This document shows, one piece after another, positions 49,043 to 58,502 of a DNA stretch of 64,000 nucleotides. Position 1 is the first letter of the stretch. The number at the start of each line of letters is the position of its first letter. This DNA is from Candidatus Pacearchaeota archaeon. Lineage in GTDB: Archaea; Nanobdellota; Nanobdellia; Pacearchaeales; GW2011-AR1. A program made the translations under genes and the position numbers. The notes under the pieces were generated by a model. That model did no database searches. It was not told the DNA's origin and was given only the letters and a program-made list of their open reading frames with translations. Location: assembly GCA_026414385.1 (NCBI GenBank), contig JAOAJC010000001.1, positions 2,384-66,383 of the forward strand, written 5' to 3'.

Positions 49043-49087
49043 CATAAAAACCAAAGCAAAACAAAATTATTTATAGATTATTGTAAT

Positions 49088-49558
49088 TTATTTACACTCA
49101 ATTGGTTGTGAAATTATTGCTTTTTCACATACTATTGCTTTATTATTAATAACATCAATTGGCACGATTTCTAAATTATATGAACCCGGGGGGAAATTTC
49201 TTGTAGGAATTTTAAATGGGCGCGAATATGTATTACCTGGACTTAATCCTACAGAACTACCTTCATAGAAATATTGGTTTGCCTCATTTAAAGTTGTTTT
49301 TGATGTTGAATTTCCGATTCTTATATATGCTCCTTTTACTTTAAACAATCCCTTATTTGTCAAAGATAAATGCAATATCCCTTTTTGGATGTCACATACA
49401 TAATTGTTAAGAATTAAATTTATTTCTTCTTGGCAAGAGGGTTGTGATTTTGGGAGATAAACTTTTATGTATGCATAAACCATAACAGACATTACAACAG
49501 CGATTACAATTAATAATACATAACTTATCATTTCGCTGATTGCTTTTTTGTTTTGCAT
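49088..49558 (-). CDS. Pilin-like protein (class III signal-like N-terminus)
   Basis: MQNKKAISEMISYVLLIVIAVVMSVMVYAYI. Confidence 0.4.
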   Translation of the reverse strand: MQNKKAISEMISYVLLIVIAVVMSVMVYAYIKVYLPKSQPSCQEEINLILNNYVCDIQKGILHLSLTNKGLFKVKGAYIRIGNSTSKTTLNEANQYFYEGSSVGLSPGNTYSRPFKIPTRNFPPGSYNLEIVPIDVINNKAIVCEKAIISQPIECK

Positions 49559-49559
49559 T

Positions 49560-50087
49560 TTATTTGATTGCTACAATCTCCTCTTCCCTTACTTTCTTTT
49601 TTAAAATAACATAAAAATTCTGCCCTTCAGTGATATTAAAATCAAAAGAAATATCATCAGAAAGTTTTACTTTTATTTTTTTATCTTGTTGAGGAATTTG
49701 GACTTGTGTTCTGCTGTATTTTTTTGTTGATGTTGAGATAGTGCTACCAGGAATTCCAACGCTACCGGTTTCTGTTGCGGTATAATTAATAAGATATAAA
49801 TTATTTATATCTCCATAAACAACAATAAAATCTGCTTCAGGATTTAATGTCGAGTAATTTGATAGAAGTTGAGTGATGCGAGTATCTATTTCTTGTTTAT
49901 TATTAGCATTGAATATTCCATTATCTATAACTTGGTTGGATTCTATTTTTATTTCTTCTGATAAATCATAGATTGCAGTTTCTGGAATTTTTTCAGTTGT
50001 TTTTTCGATATAAACTGCACTAATAGTTATAATAATAAGCGAGATTATTATTGCAGCCATAAGAAAAAATTGTCCTCTTTTATCCAT
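49560..50087 (-). CDS. Archaeal pilin-like protein (KRGQ class III signal)
   Basis: MDKRGQFFLMAAIIISLIIITISAVYI. Confidence 0.55.
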   Translation of the reverse strand: MDKRGQFFLMAAIIISLIIITISAVYIEKTTEKIPETAIYDLSEEIKIESNQVIDNGIFNANNKQEIDTRITQLLSNYSTLNPEADFIVVYGDINNLYLINYTATETGSVGIPGSTISTSTKKYSRTQVQIPQQDKKIKVKLSDDISFDFNITEGQNFYVILKKKVREEEIVAIK

Positions 50088-50111
50088 AAATAAATAATAT
50101 AAGATGGGTTT

Positions 50112-50570
50112 TTATTTATTTTGATTTGTAATTTCTTCTGGCGTGGCTTCATAATCGTTTTTATGAATAGCGGATTTAGAAAGAATTGTCCTTCCATGAT
50201 AAATTATGAGTAAATCTTCGTTTTCTGATGTCGGAGTTTGAAGAATTTCTATTAGTTGATAGATTCTTGAACGATTGACAAAATATCTACCTTTTGCAGT
50301 TTTATTGCGAAGACAATATTCGAGTGTTGGTAGTTCTCTGTCTCCTAAATGTTCCCACAAATTTAGGGTTGTCTCGTTACCAGAACTTAAATCTCTTATT
50401 GATAGATTATCATCAATATCAAAATTATTGAATAGCGGTTCTTTGATTATTTCATAATTAAAATAAAAAATTTTGCCGTTGATTTCTTTTAGATGGGCGA
50501 AACGCCTACCTTCAAGCGATTTTTTTCTTGCAATATAATCTTGAACTGAATCTCTATCTCGTTTTATCAT
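50112..50570 (-). CDS. Hypothetical protein
   Basis: 152 aa ORF with no recognisable motif. Co-directional with the pilin pair. Confidence 0.35.
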   Translation of the reverse strand: MIKRDRDSVQDYIARKKSLEGRRFAHLKEINGKIFYFNYEIIKEPLFNNFDIDDNLSIRDLSSGNETTLNLWEHLGDRELPTLEYCLRNKTAKGRYFVNRSRIYQLIEILQTPTSENEDLLIIYHGRTILSKSAIHKNDYEATPEEITNQNK

Positions 50571-50574
50571 TAAA

Positions 50575-50845
50575 GGTGTAGGCAGGGAGTTTGCTCAAAA
50601 AACCCATTGCAGAACCCTCTTGCCTTTCTCAGTTTTGCAACCCTGAAAGCATCTTGTTTCCTGATTAGGGCTGCTCCGATCAAGGCCTGACCCGATTCAC
50701 AGGAGCAAGATCGAACAGGACAAAACATCAACGTCCGGCAAAAGACTGCAAAGAGTCTTTCTCACTCGCTCCTTTAAGCTTGCCATGAAGCCCGCTTGCA
50801 TGACGGCGCAGGGCTAGCGCGCCAGCTTGCCTACATCATAAAGAA
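50575..50845 (-). ncRNA. ffs: Probable signal recognition particle RNA (7S/SRP RNA)
   Basis: A ~270-nt GC-rich island in an AT-rich genome with no ORF. The minus-strand reading contains GGUCAGG-CC-uugauc-GG-AGCAGCC (forward coordinates 50668..50693). This is the conserved SRP RNA helix-8 pattern (GGUCAGG...AGCAGCC flanking a short stem-loop). Confidence 0.5.
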
Positions 50846-50917
50846 TAAATAATCCTTTATAAACATAATGAAAATGTTCTTTAAAATTTAATAAATTTTT
50901 AATTAAATAGTTGAAAG

Positions 50918-51106
50918 TTATAAAATCTGTTCTTTTATGTGTTTGACATCTTCGTCAATATAAGATTGTTTTCTTGGCTCGTAATCATCATATTCGTTAA
51001 ATTCATTATATGCGAAGTTATTTTTTCTTGAGAGCAAGATTAAAAACATAAGAAGAACTAAAAGCAATATTGAATTTGAAAAAAACATAAATATTAATAA
51101 CTCCAT
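50918..51106 (-). CDS. Small hypothetical membrane protein (62 aa)
   Basis: Single TM (LLLVLLMFLILL) followed by an acidic tail. Confidence 0.25.
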   Translation of the reverse strand: MELLIFMFFSNSILLLVLLMFLILLSRKNNFAYNEFNEYDDYEPRKQSYIDEDVKHIKEQIL

Positions 51107-51145
51107 TTTTAAACGAGACGTAAAGAATATTTAAAGATTTATTTT

Positions 51146-52819
51146 TTACATTCTATTAATTACTGAAATTCCTAATAGAGACAGTGCGTTCTTTAAAACT
51201 TGTGAGAAAGCATCAACGAGGGCAAGACGGAATGACTCATTATCTGAGCCTATAACTTTATTTGAGTGATAAAATTCGTTAAAGGTTTGTGCAAGGTGCA
51301 AAGCATAGTTTGCAATTAAATTCGGAGAAAACGAATTAAAAGAATCTTTTATTATCGAGGGAAAAAGATTCATTTGAAGAAGAAGATTTTTTTCTAAATC
51401 GTTTATTTCGCCAATTTTGAATTGATTAAGTTTTGACTTTGATTTTTTTAGAATGTTTCTTGCCCTTGCATAAGTGTATAAAAGATAAGGGCCAGTGCTT
51501 CCCTCAAATGATAGAAATTTTTCTATATCAAAAACAATATCATTTTGTCTATAATTTTTAAGATCCCCATAGATAATTGCAGAAAGAGCTATTTTTTCTG
51601 CCCTGTCATTTAAATCTTTTTTCGCAATATTTTTTTCCCGTTTTTCAATTTCTTTTTTTGCTAAAGCAATCGTTTCGTTTAAAATATCCTCCATGAAAAT
51701 AGTTTTGCCTTGTCGTGTTGAGAGTTTTTTTCCGTCTTTATCAAGATAAAGTCCGTGAGAGAGATGAATACAATTTTTTGCCCAATCAAAACCTAAAAGC
51801 TCAAGAATCTTAAATAATTGCCTAAAATGAAGATTTTGTTCAGAACCAACTTCATAAATCATTTTATCAAATTTATATTTTTTGTATCTATCAATAGCGG
51901 CAGCTATATCTCTTGTAATGTATGGTTTTGTCCCATCCGATTTTTTGATTATTACGTTTGGAAGAGAGTATTTTTCAAGTTCTATAACTAAAGCCCCTTG
52001 GCTTTTTTTGAGAAGTTTTTGTTTTTGCATTAATGTAATTACATTGTTTGCTTTTTTCCCGTATAGTGATTCTCCAGAAATTTCATCAAAATTTATATTA
52101 AGCATAGAATAAATTTTATTAAAATCTTTAATACTAAGAGCGCGGAATAATTTCCAAAGTTTTATGGCTTCTTTATTGCCTCTTTCAAGTTTTTTAAACC
52201 ATTTTCTTGATTCGTCTTCCAACTCTGGAAGATTGTTTATTTTAACATAAATCTCAAAAAGATGCTTTATTGGTTCTTTTTTTAATTTTTGATAATTTCC
52301 AAATTTTTTATAAGCCACAATAAGCTTTCCAAATTGTGTGCCAAAATCTCCGAGATAGTTTATTTTAATTGTTTTGAAACCCAAAGTTGAACAAATGTTA
52401 GCAATTGAATTACCTATGATTGTTGAACGTAAATGCCCTATTCCGAAAGGTTTTGCGATATTTGGAGAAGACATATCGATTAGAATTGTTTTTCCTTTAC
52501 CGATATCCGAACAGCCAAATTTATTTTTTTCTTTTTGGATTCTTTTTATAACATTTTCTGCCAAAATATTTCTGTTTAAAAAAATATTAAGATATCCATT
52601 GATTGGTTCAATTTTTTCAAATTCAAGGACATTTTTAAGTTTAGATGCAATCTCTTTTGCGATAATGTCTGGATTTTTCTTTTGAATTTTAGATAAGAAA
52701 AAGCAAGGAAAAGCAAAATCCCCTAATTTTGAATCTTTTGGGATTTCCAATAAATTAATTATTTCTTCTTTTTTTAAATTTAAAAAATGGTTTAATATTT
52801 CTGCTATTAACTCTTTCAT
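51146..52819 (-). CDS. argS: Arginine--tRNA ligase
   Basis: HIGH-region equivalent PNIAKPFGIGHLRSTIIGN and C-terminal DALR/anticodon-binding domain (ANYALHLAQTFNEFY). Confidence 0.85.
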   Translation of the reverse strand: MKELIAEILNHFLNLKKEEIINLLEIPKDSKLGDFAFPCFFLSKIQKKNPDIIAKEIASKLKNVLEFEKIEPINGYLNIFLNRNILAENVIKRIQKEKNKFGCSDIGKGKTILIDMSSPNIAKPFGIGHLRSTIIGNSIANICSTLGFKTIKINYLGDFGTQFGKLIVAYKKFGNYQKLKKEPIKHLFEIYVKINNLPELEDESRKWFKKLERGNKEAIKLWKLFRALSIKDFNKIYSMLNINFDEISGESLYGKKANNVITLMQKQKLLKKSQGALVIELEKYSLPNVIIKKSDGTKPYITRDIAAAIDRYKKYKFDKMIYEVGSEQNLHFRQLFKILELLGFDWAKNCIHLSHGLYLDKDGKKLSTRQGKTIFMEDILNETIALAKKEIEKREKNIAKKDLNDRAEKIALSAIIYGDLKNYRQNDIVFDIEKFLSFEGSTGPYLLYTYARARNILKKSKSKLNQFKIGEINDLEKNLLLQMNLFPSIIKDSFNSFSPNLIANYALHLAQTFNEFYHSNKVIGSDNESFRLALVDAFSQVLKNALSLLGISVINRM

Positions 52820-52882
52820 ATAAAATAAAATCATAGATAATTAATAAATCTATCTTTATAAGATTATTAATTTATTATTAAA

Positions 52883-53176
52883 CTATCTTAATTTTGTACC
52901 GCACTCTGTGCAAAATCTCTCTTTTTCACTTATTTCTTTTTGGCATGTCGGGCAATTTGTGAGAGGAACTATCATTTTTCCGCCACAATCTGGACAGAAT
53001 TTATCTTCGGGATTTCCAATCTTTGTGCATTTCTCGCATTTTGGTGGGAGCTTTTTCCTTTCAATAATTGTTTTATAACCCGGCTTACCACCGGATACAA
53101 CTTTTGAAAAAGCATCTTCTATTGCGAGAGCATCTTTTCCGCTTTGAAATTTTCTTAAATCTAAATTACTTCCCAT
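52883..53176 (-). CDS. Double zinc-ribbon protein
   Basis: CEKC...CPDCGGK and CPTC...CTECGTK, i.e. four CxxC pairs in 97 aa. Confidence 0.45.
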   Translation of the reverse strand: MGSNLDLRKFQSGKDALAIEDAFSKVVSGGKPGYKTIIERKKLPPKCEKCTKIGNPEDKFCPDCGGKMIVPLTNCPTCQKEISEKERFCTECGTKLR

Positions 53177-53320
53177 TTTTCCTCTTTTGATTTAGAATTT
53201 TATATCTTATGATATATAAATATTTTGATGGTAAAAAAATTTATGTTAGTTATCTTTGATTCACTCTTGTCTTAAAGCTTCTCGCTTACGCTGCGAGCTT
53301 TAATCCTGCGGTGAACAAAG

Positions 53321-53394
53321 AGCCTCTGAGGAGATTTGAACTCCCGACCCCGAGTTTACGAAACTCGTGCTCTAACCAGCTGAGCTACAGAGGC
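53321..53394 (-). tRNA. tRNA-Thr (anticodon CGU)
   Basis: Minus strand reads GCCUCUG UAGCUCAGCUGGUUAGAGCA CGAGU UUCGUAA ACUCG GGGUC GGGAGUUCAAAUCUCCU CAGAGGC U. It has a 7-bp acceptor stem, D-arm, CGU anticodon, T-arm GGGAG/UUCAAAU/CUCCU. No encoded CCA. Confidence 0.85.
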
Positions 53395-53407
53395 ATAATA
53401 TTATTTT

Positions 53408-55615
53408 GTGAAAATTACTTATAAATATGTTTATAAATTAGATTTCGTTGATTATCTAATGAAAAAAAAGGGGTTTGTGTTTTTGATTGGGATTTATGTG
53501 TTAATTTTTAGTATGGTTATATCTAGCGCAACGATTACATTTAATAATGTTTACCTAAATGATACGGATAATTTTTATTCAAACTATAGTGGGAATAATA
53601 TAATTAATGTTAGAGTAAATGTTACAAATACTTCAAGAATAGTTTCTTTTTTTGCGAATTTTTCAAATCTAACAACCTCTTGTGGTGCTGGTGGGATTGT
53701 TAATTTTAGTTATCTAGGGGATAATATATGGAATGCTTCGTGTAATGTTGGCAACCAGGCAGCGATTTCTAATTTTGTTGGTGGGCCGATAATTGTTGTC
53801 GCAATTAATCAAACAGGAAGCGTAACAACAGATAATTCATTGAGAGTTGTTTTGTACAATTTTAGCGTTCCAGTAATGCCGCAAGGATGTCAGAGATTTG
53901 GTCCATTAACAACAAATTTTACTAGTGTTTTGGATTTTGCAAGAGTAAATTTTGTAATCCATGTACAAAATAATTTTACATGCATGATACAGCAAATGGG
54001 GGTTTCTGGGCCACCAACTCTTTCAGCAAGTTATATTGATGTAATGATAATGAATATGACTTCTGTTAATCTTTCTGATAGAGAACAAGCACAAAAATTA
54101 TCAAATCTTCCTTCATATTTAAGATTAAATCTAAGCCAGCCAAAAGCTTTTCCAAACATAGTAAGAATATTTGTTAATGCATCTGCTTTTGCAGCGCTTG
54201 ACACAAATACTTCAATAAAATTGTTAAATCTTCCTTTTATTACAAAGCCAAATGTTAGCGCGGATAATCCTGACGAGATATTAAATATATTATGGGAGTC
54301 AAATGGATATGACAACGGTTTTCAAGTAATCACTGGAAACCTTACTATTAATGTTTTGGGATTTAGCGAATATAATGCTACAGACATAATTGCTCCGACA
54401 ATAAACATAATTTCCCCCAAATATGGAAATTATTATGCAGTTGGAACAAACAATTTTATTATTAACATATCATTGAATGGGACAGGAACAGAGATAAGCA
54501 AATTTATATTAAATATCACAAATTCAACAGGACAAGTTAATTACACAATATATAACTCAAGTATTAATAGTGCTAATTGCAAAAACATCAGTTTAGGAGG
54601 AGAATTTTATTATTGTGAATTAAATATAACATTGGCAGATGGAATTTATACAATAAATGCAACTGCTTATGATTATGGGGTGGAAAGTCCTGGAAATTAT
54701 TATTCTATTTCACAAGAATTAATAGTGGATACATCATATCCAAAAATAACATTGATAAGTCCAAATGATGATGCTAAATGGGGGAGTTCAAATAGTGTAA
54801 AATTCAAATTTAATGTTAGTGATATAAAGATAGCGAATTGCACATTGTATATTACCGGAGATGCGACAAAAGAAAAAACAGATGATTCTATTGATGTTAA
54901 TGATGGTGAAATAATAATAACACAATCTTTAGAGAATGGAAATTATGAGTGGTATATAAAATGCACTGACTATGTTGGAAAGACCAATTCAAGCGCGACA
55001 AGAGATTTAAAAGTAGATTATATGGATGAAGAAGATGATAGGGAGAGCGACTCGGTTGATACTTCTTCATTTTGGACAAATACATACTCTCCAACTGATG
55101 AGGCATTTCGGGTAGGATATACAAAAGAGCTTGAAAAAGGAGAGAGAGTGAGAATAAAAATTGGAAGTGAGACACATTATGTTGGAGTGATAAAAGTAAG
55201 TTCAAATAAAGTTATTATAAATGTAAGTTCAACACCTCAACAAGCAGAGTTGAGCATAGGGGAAGAAAAGAAATTTGAGGTAACGAATGACAATTATTAT
55301 GATATAAGTGTGAGATTAAACAACATTATCAATAAGACAAAGGCGAATTTGACAGTATTATATCTGCATGAAACAATTATAAAAAACATAACTCAAACAG
55401 AAACTAACAAAACAACAAACATAACAAAAATTAACGAGACAATAAAAACCGAAGAAAAAATAGAGAAAACAAAAATCTCGATGAAAACAAAAATAATTTT
55501 GACAATAATTTTAATTATAATAATTGGAGCAGTTATATTTTATTATAGGGAAGAGATTTCAGAATGGGTAAGAAAAAGAAAAATAAAAATTAAAAATAAC
55601 CTACATAAGCATTAG
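53408..55615 (+). CDS. Large secreted, sequon-rich surface protein with C-terminal TM anchor (S-layer/adhesin candidate)
   Basis: Signal/TM FVFLIGIYVLIFSMVISSA. Very many N-x-S/T sequons. C-terminal TM KTKIILTIILIIIIGAVIFYY and a basic tail. Probable true start at MKKKGFV (53459). Confidence 0.55.
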   Translation: MKITYKYVYKLDFVDYLMKKKGFVFLIGIYVLIFSMVISSATITFNNVYLNDTDNFYSNYSGNNIINVRVNVTNTSRIVSFFANFSNLTTSCGAGGIVNFSYLGDNIWNASCNVGNQAAISNFVGGPIIVVAINQTGSVTTDNSLRVVLYNFSVPVMPQGCQRFGPLTTNFTSVLDFARVNFVIHVQNNFTCMIQQMGVSGPPTLSASYIDVMIMNMTSVNLSDREQAQKLSNLPSYLRLNLSQPKAFPNIVRIFVNASAFAALDTNTSIKLLNLPFITKPNVSADNPDEILNILWESNGYDNGFQVITGNLTINVLGFSEYNATDIIAPTINIISPKYGNYYAVGTNNFIINISLNGTGTEISKFILNITNSTGQVNYTIYNSSINSANCKNISLGGEFYYCELNITLADGIYTINATAYDYGVESPGNYYSISQELIVDTSYPKITLISPNDDAKWGSSNSVKFKFNVSDIKIANCTLYITGDATKEKTDDSIDVNDGEIIITQSLENGNYEWYIKCTDYVGKTNSSATRDLKVDYMDEEDDRESDSVDTSSFWTNTYSPTDEAFRVGYTKELEKGERVRIKIGSETHYVGVIKVSSNKVIINVSSTPQQAELSIGEEKKFEVTNDNYYDISVRLNNIINKTKANLTVLYLHETIIKNITQTETNKTTNITKINETIKTEEKIEKTKISMKTKIILTIILIIIIGAVIFYYREEISEWVRKRKIKIKNNLHKH

Positions 55616-55636
55616 TTGTTTAATTACAAATAGGTA

Positions 55637-56347
55637 GTGATTTTACGAAGAAAAGAATATATATCAAAGAATTGTGTAAAGAGTATGATAAAAAGCATTA
55701 AAAAACTAATTCTTGGTGAAAAGAATAATAAATATATTTTTAACAAAAACGAGAAACCGGATGCAATTATTCTTGCGGCAGGAATGCTTGGAAGAAAAAA
55801 TTTGTATCCGAAAGCGCTTATAGAATATGGTGGAAAACCAATAATTGAACATCAAATTAATTGGTTAAAACCATTTGTTAATAAAATAATAATCGCGTGT
55901 CATAAAAAAGAGTGCGAACAAATATCAAATATCGTGGGACATTATGAAGGAATTGAATTTTCTACAGAAACCAGATTATTAGGAACAGCTGGCGCGACGA
56001 AAAAAGCCGCTGAAAAATCAAAAGCAGATTCAGTTATTATCGTAAATGTTGATGACATAACTGACATTGATTTGAATGCATTAATAAATTTCGGAACAGA
56101 TACTATATGCGTATCAAATCCGCGCGTCAATTTTGGAATTATTGAGACAGAAGGATTTGATATAAAACAATTTAGGGAAAAACCTATTTTGAAAAACATA
56201 TGGGCGAGCTGCGGTGTTTATTATTTGAGTAAAAAGACAATTAGCAAAATGCCTGATTATGGCACATTAGAACAAGATGTTTGGCCTTATATTAATATAA
56301 GGGCGTTTAAACATTTTGGGACATGGAAGACATTTAATAGAAACTAA
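55637..56347 (+). CDS. Sugar-phosphate nucleotidyltransferase (NTP-transferase family)
   Basis: AIILAAGMLGRK...PKALIEYGGKPIIEHQINWL...LLGTAGA...VNVDDITDID are nucleotidyltransferase motifs. Confidence 0.6.
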   Translation: MILRRKEYISKNCVKSMIKSIKKLILGEKNNKYIFNKNEKPDAIILAAGMLGRKNLYPKALIEYGGKPIIEHQINWLKPFVNKIIIACHKKECEQISNIVGHYEGIEFSTETRLLGTAGATKKAAEKSKADSVIIVNVDDITDIDLNALINFGTDTICVSNPRVNFGIIETEGFDIKQFREKPILKNIWASCGVYYLSKKTISKMPDYGTLEQDVWPYINIRAFKHFGTWKTFNRN

Positions 56348-56453
56348 TAATTATTTTTATTAAAATATTATATTTGTTAAGGTTAAATATTAGATAAAGC
56401 GAAGATGTGCGGTTTATAACAGATTTCTTTAAAAATTAAGAATATATAGAAAT

Positions 56454-56687
56454 TTGATGAAAAATTTGTTAGAAGATATTTTATTTTTGCAAGTCTTTAG
56501 TTATAAGAATCATAATAGAGTTCATCCTTTTTATAAATTAGTGATTTTTTCTTTGTTTTTATTAATATTTGGATTGATTTTTTGGGTTCCTTTTATAATG
56601 TTTTTTTGTCTCTTGATGTTCGCTATAATTTTGATTTTTATTTATTTTTGGAAGAATCCTCTTGAAATTTGTGGGATAAAAATTTAA
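56454..56687 (+). CDS. Small hypothetical membrane protein
   Basis: Two predicted TM helices, 77 aa. Confidence 0.25.
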   Translation: MMKNLLEDILFLQVFSYKNHNRVHPFYKLVIFSLFLLIFGLIFWVPFIMFFCLLMFAIILIFIYFWKNPLEICGIKI

Positions 56688-56688
56688 A

Positions 56689-57027
56689 ATGAAAAATTTG
56701 GAACAATTGTCTGATTTTGATTTGGGTGGCTATAAATTTTGGTATATATTAGAGGAATTAAGAAAAGACTATAGCAGATTTGTGCATGATGATTTTCCAG
56801 ATGAAGTAATTGCAGGGGCGATTCAAGGGATTAAGAATATAAGAGAGGTTTCTAAACAAGTAAGAAGTTTAGAACAAAATTCAAGAGAAGAAGCAGAAAG
56901 ATTTAAACAACAAATTTTATTAGAACATTGTGGATATATTTATTTGATACATCTTATAATAGGAAGGGAAAGAGATTTTAAATTTTCTGAGATATATAAT
57001 TCTATTAAAAATAAAGATATTAATTAG
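56689..57027 (+). CDS. Hypothetical protein
   Basis: 112 aa ORF, no motif recognised. Confidence 0.3.
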   Translation: MKNLEQLSDFDLGGYKFWYILEELRKDYSRFVHDDFPDEVIAGAIQGIKNIREVSKQVRSLEQNSREEAERFKQQILLEHCGYIYLIHLIIGRERDFKFSEIYNSIKNKDIN

Positions 57028-57086
57028 AGAGAGTGCGCTAAAAAGTTTGAGCAAAAAGAAAAAAAGAAAAATAAAAATTATGCAGA

Positions 57087-57206
57087 TTATTCTGAATCTG
57101 CTGATTCTGCAGTTAATTCAGTATTTTCTGTTTGAGTTTCTTCTGTCTTAACTGGAGAAACTTTTTCAGTTGTCTTTTCTGATTTTTTTGGCCTTCCTCT
57201 TGGCAT
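57087..57206 (-). CDS. Tiny ORF (39 aa) with an N-terminal AT-hook-like motif
   Basis: MPRGRPKKSEKTTEKVSPVKTEETQTENTELTAESADSE, found by hand translation. RGRP core then an acidic tail. Confidence 0.25.
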   Translation of the reverse strand: MPRGRPKKSEKTTEKVSPVKTEETQTENTELTAESADSE

Positions 57207-57686
57207 ATTATTAACCTCCTCTAATAAAAAAATTAAATTAAAAGAGTATTTAATTATTGAGAAAGGCTTTTAAACTATCTAAGTAGTGCCATAATAGTGA
57301 TAAATTTATTTAAATTTTTATTAATCCGAACTTTAATTATATGCTGAAACTTTTTATTTTTGATTAAAACTTACTGCATTTGATAATAAGTTCGTGTTAA
57401 TTAAAAGATTAATTTTAAAAAGGCTCAGAAATTTAAGGTAAGATGTCATATGTTATGCCTGGAATGTTTCCAGTTGGGCAGATATGGAGTGTTTCAAAAT
57501 TGTACCTAAGATGGGCATCTTATTTAGCCAGTGCTGTCAAAAATAAGATAATTAAGAATATTGTTAATAAAGAGATTATTTTTAATGTTTTAAATTAGTC
57601 AAAAACCAGAGTTTTTTTTGATTTTTTAGCTGTTTTTGGCTTCGTTTAATGTATCTTGTGCGAACAATAGGCACAAGATTAAGGGT

Positions 57687-57908
57687 TTAAGGCGCAAATG
57701 CTCTATAACCCGGGGAATTATCGAAATCTTGATACAATTTTACAAATTCTTGACGCATTTTTGAGATTATTTGCTCTCTTGACTCTTTTGAATTATCAAA
57801 TCCTGCAAGCGATAGTAAAATGGCTTGTGCAAATAATGTTGCTATAAATAACCCGTTTCCCTTTTCAACATATTCTTCTTCTTCTGTTTTTTGTTCTAGA
57901 TTTTCCAT
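57687..57908 (-). CDS. Hypothetical small protein
   Basis: 73 aa ORF with a hydrophobic core segment. Confidence 0.3.
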   Translation of the reverse strand: MENLEQKTEEEEYVEKGNGLFIATLFAQAILLSLAGFDNSKESREQIISKMRQEFVKLYQDFDNSPGYRAFAP

Positions 57909-58002
57909 GATTTTTTGATGCTTTCTTAGTATTTATAGTTTGCTATTTTATAAAAATCATTAGCTATAAGTTTTTGGAAATAATTGAAAGTTTTCGCTAT
58001 TT

Positions 58003-58146
58003 TTATAGATAGATATTAATTATTTGTAAAATTCCGTAAATTATTAAGTAAAATCCTAGTATCCATCTAACTAATCTTGGAAATAAGAGGACTAAGATTC
58101 CCAATAATATTGCGAGAATTGCAATAATTGTTAAGGATATTGCCAT
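58003..58146 (-). CDS. Tiny hydrophobic membrane protein (47 aa)
   Basis: Hand translation gives MAISLTIIAILAILLGILVLLFPRLVRWILGFYLIIYGILQIINIYL. Confidence 0.3.
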   Translation of the reverse strand: MAISLTIIAILAILLGILVLLFPRLVRWILGFYLIIYGILQIINIYL

Positions 58147-58173
58147 TTTGAAATTACCTCCTTTCAATTGTTA

Positions 58174-58422
58174 TTAATCTTGTAAGAGTTTTGAGGTGAA
58201 AAAGATAAAAATCACTCCAAAAATAGTTATTGAAATTGCAGTATATGTTTCGGTAAGATAGTGCTCTGGGTGAATGTTTATTAGTTTTAGTGTTAAATCT
58301 TGAAATAAGTTAAAAATTGCATTGCGCCAGGCCCAGGCAATAGTGAAACCGACAGCTGCGACTATTGCAAGCCGAATTTGTCGTTTAAATTCTAATTTGA
58401 AAGTTCTTTTTACATTAAACAT
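58174..58422 (-). CDS. Small membrane protein (82 aa)
   Basis: Two TM segments (LAIVAAVGFTIAWAW; AISITIFGVIFIFF). Confidence 0.35.
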   Translation of the reverse strand: MFNVKRTFKLEFKRQIRLAIVAAVGFTIAWAWRNAIFNLFQDLTLKLINIHPEHYLTETYTAISITIFGVIFIFFTSKLLQD

Positions 58423-58502
58423 GGTTTTCCCTAAATAAAAGACTGGAAAACAAAACCAGTTCTTTTATAATAAAACAAATAAAAAATCAAAAGTTTTTAA
58501 GT

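Noticed and set aside
57421-57660. Possible tRNA or other structured RNA in the 57.2-57.7 kb gap
   Set aside because: No GTTCRANYC T-loop or acceptor-stem complementarity could be found. Only the CTGGAAtgtTTCCAG dyad stands out, and it is reported as a motif instead.
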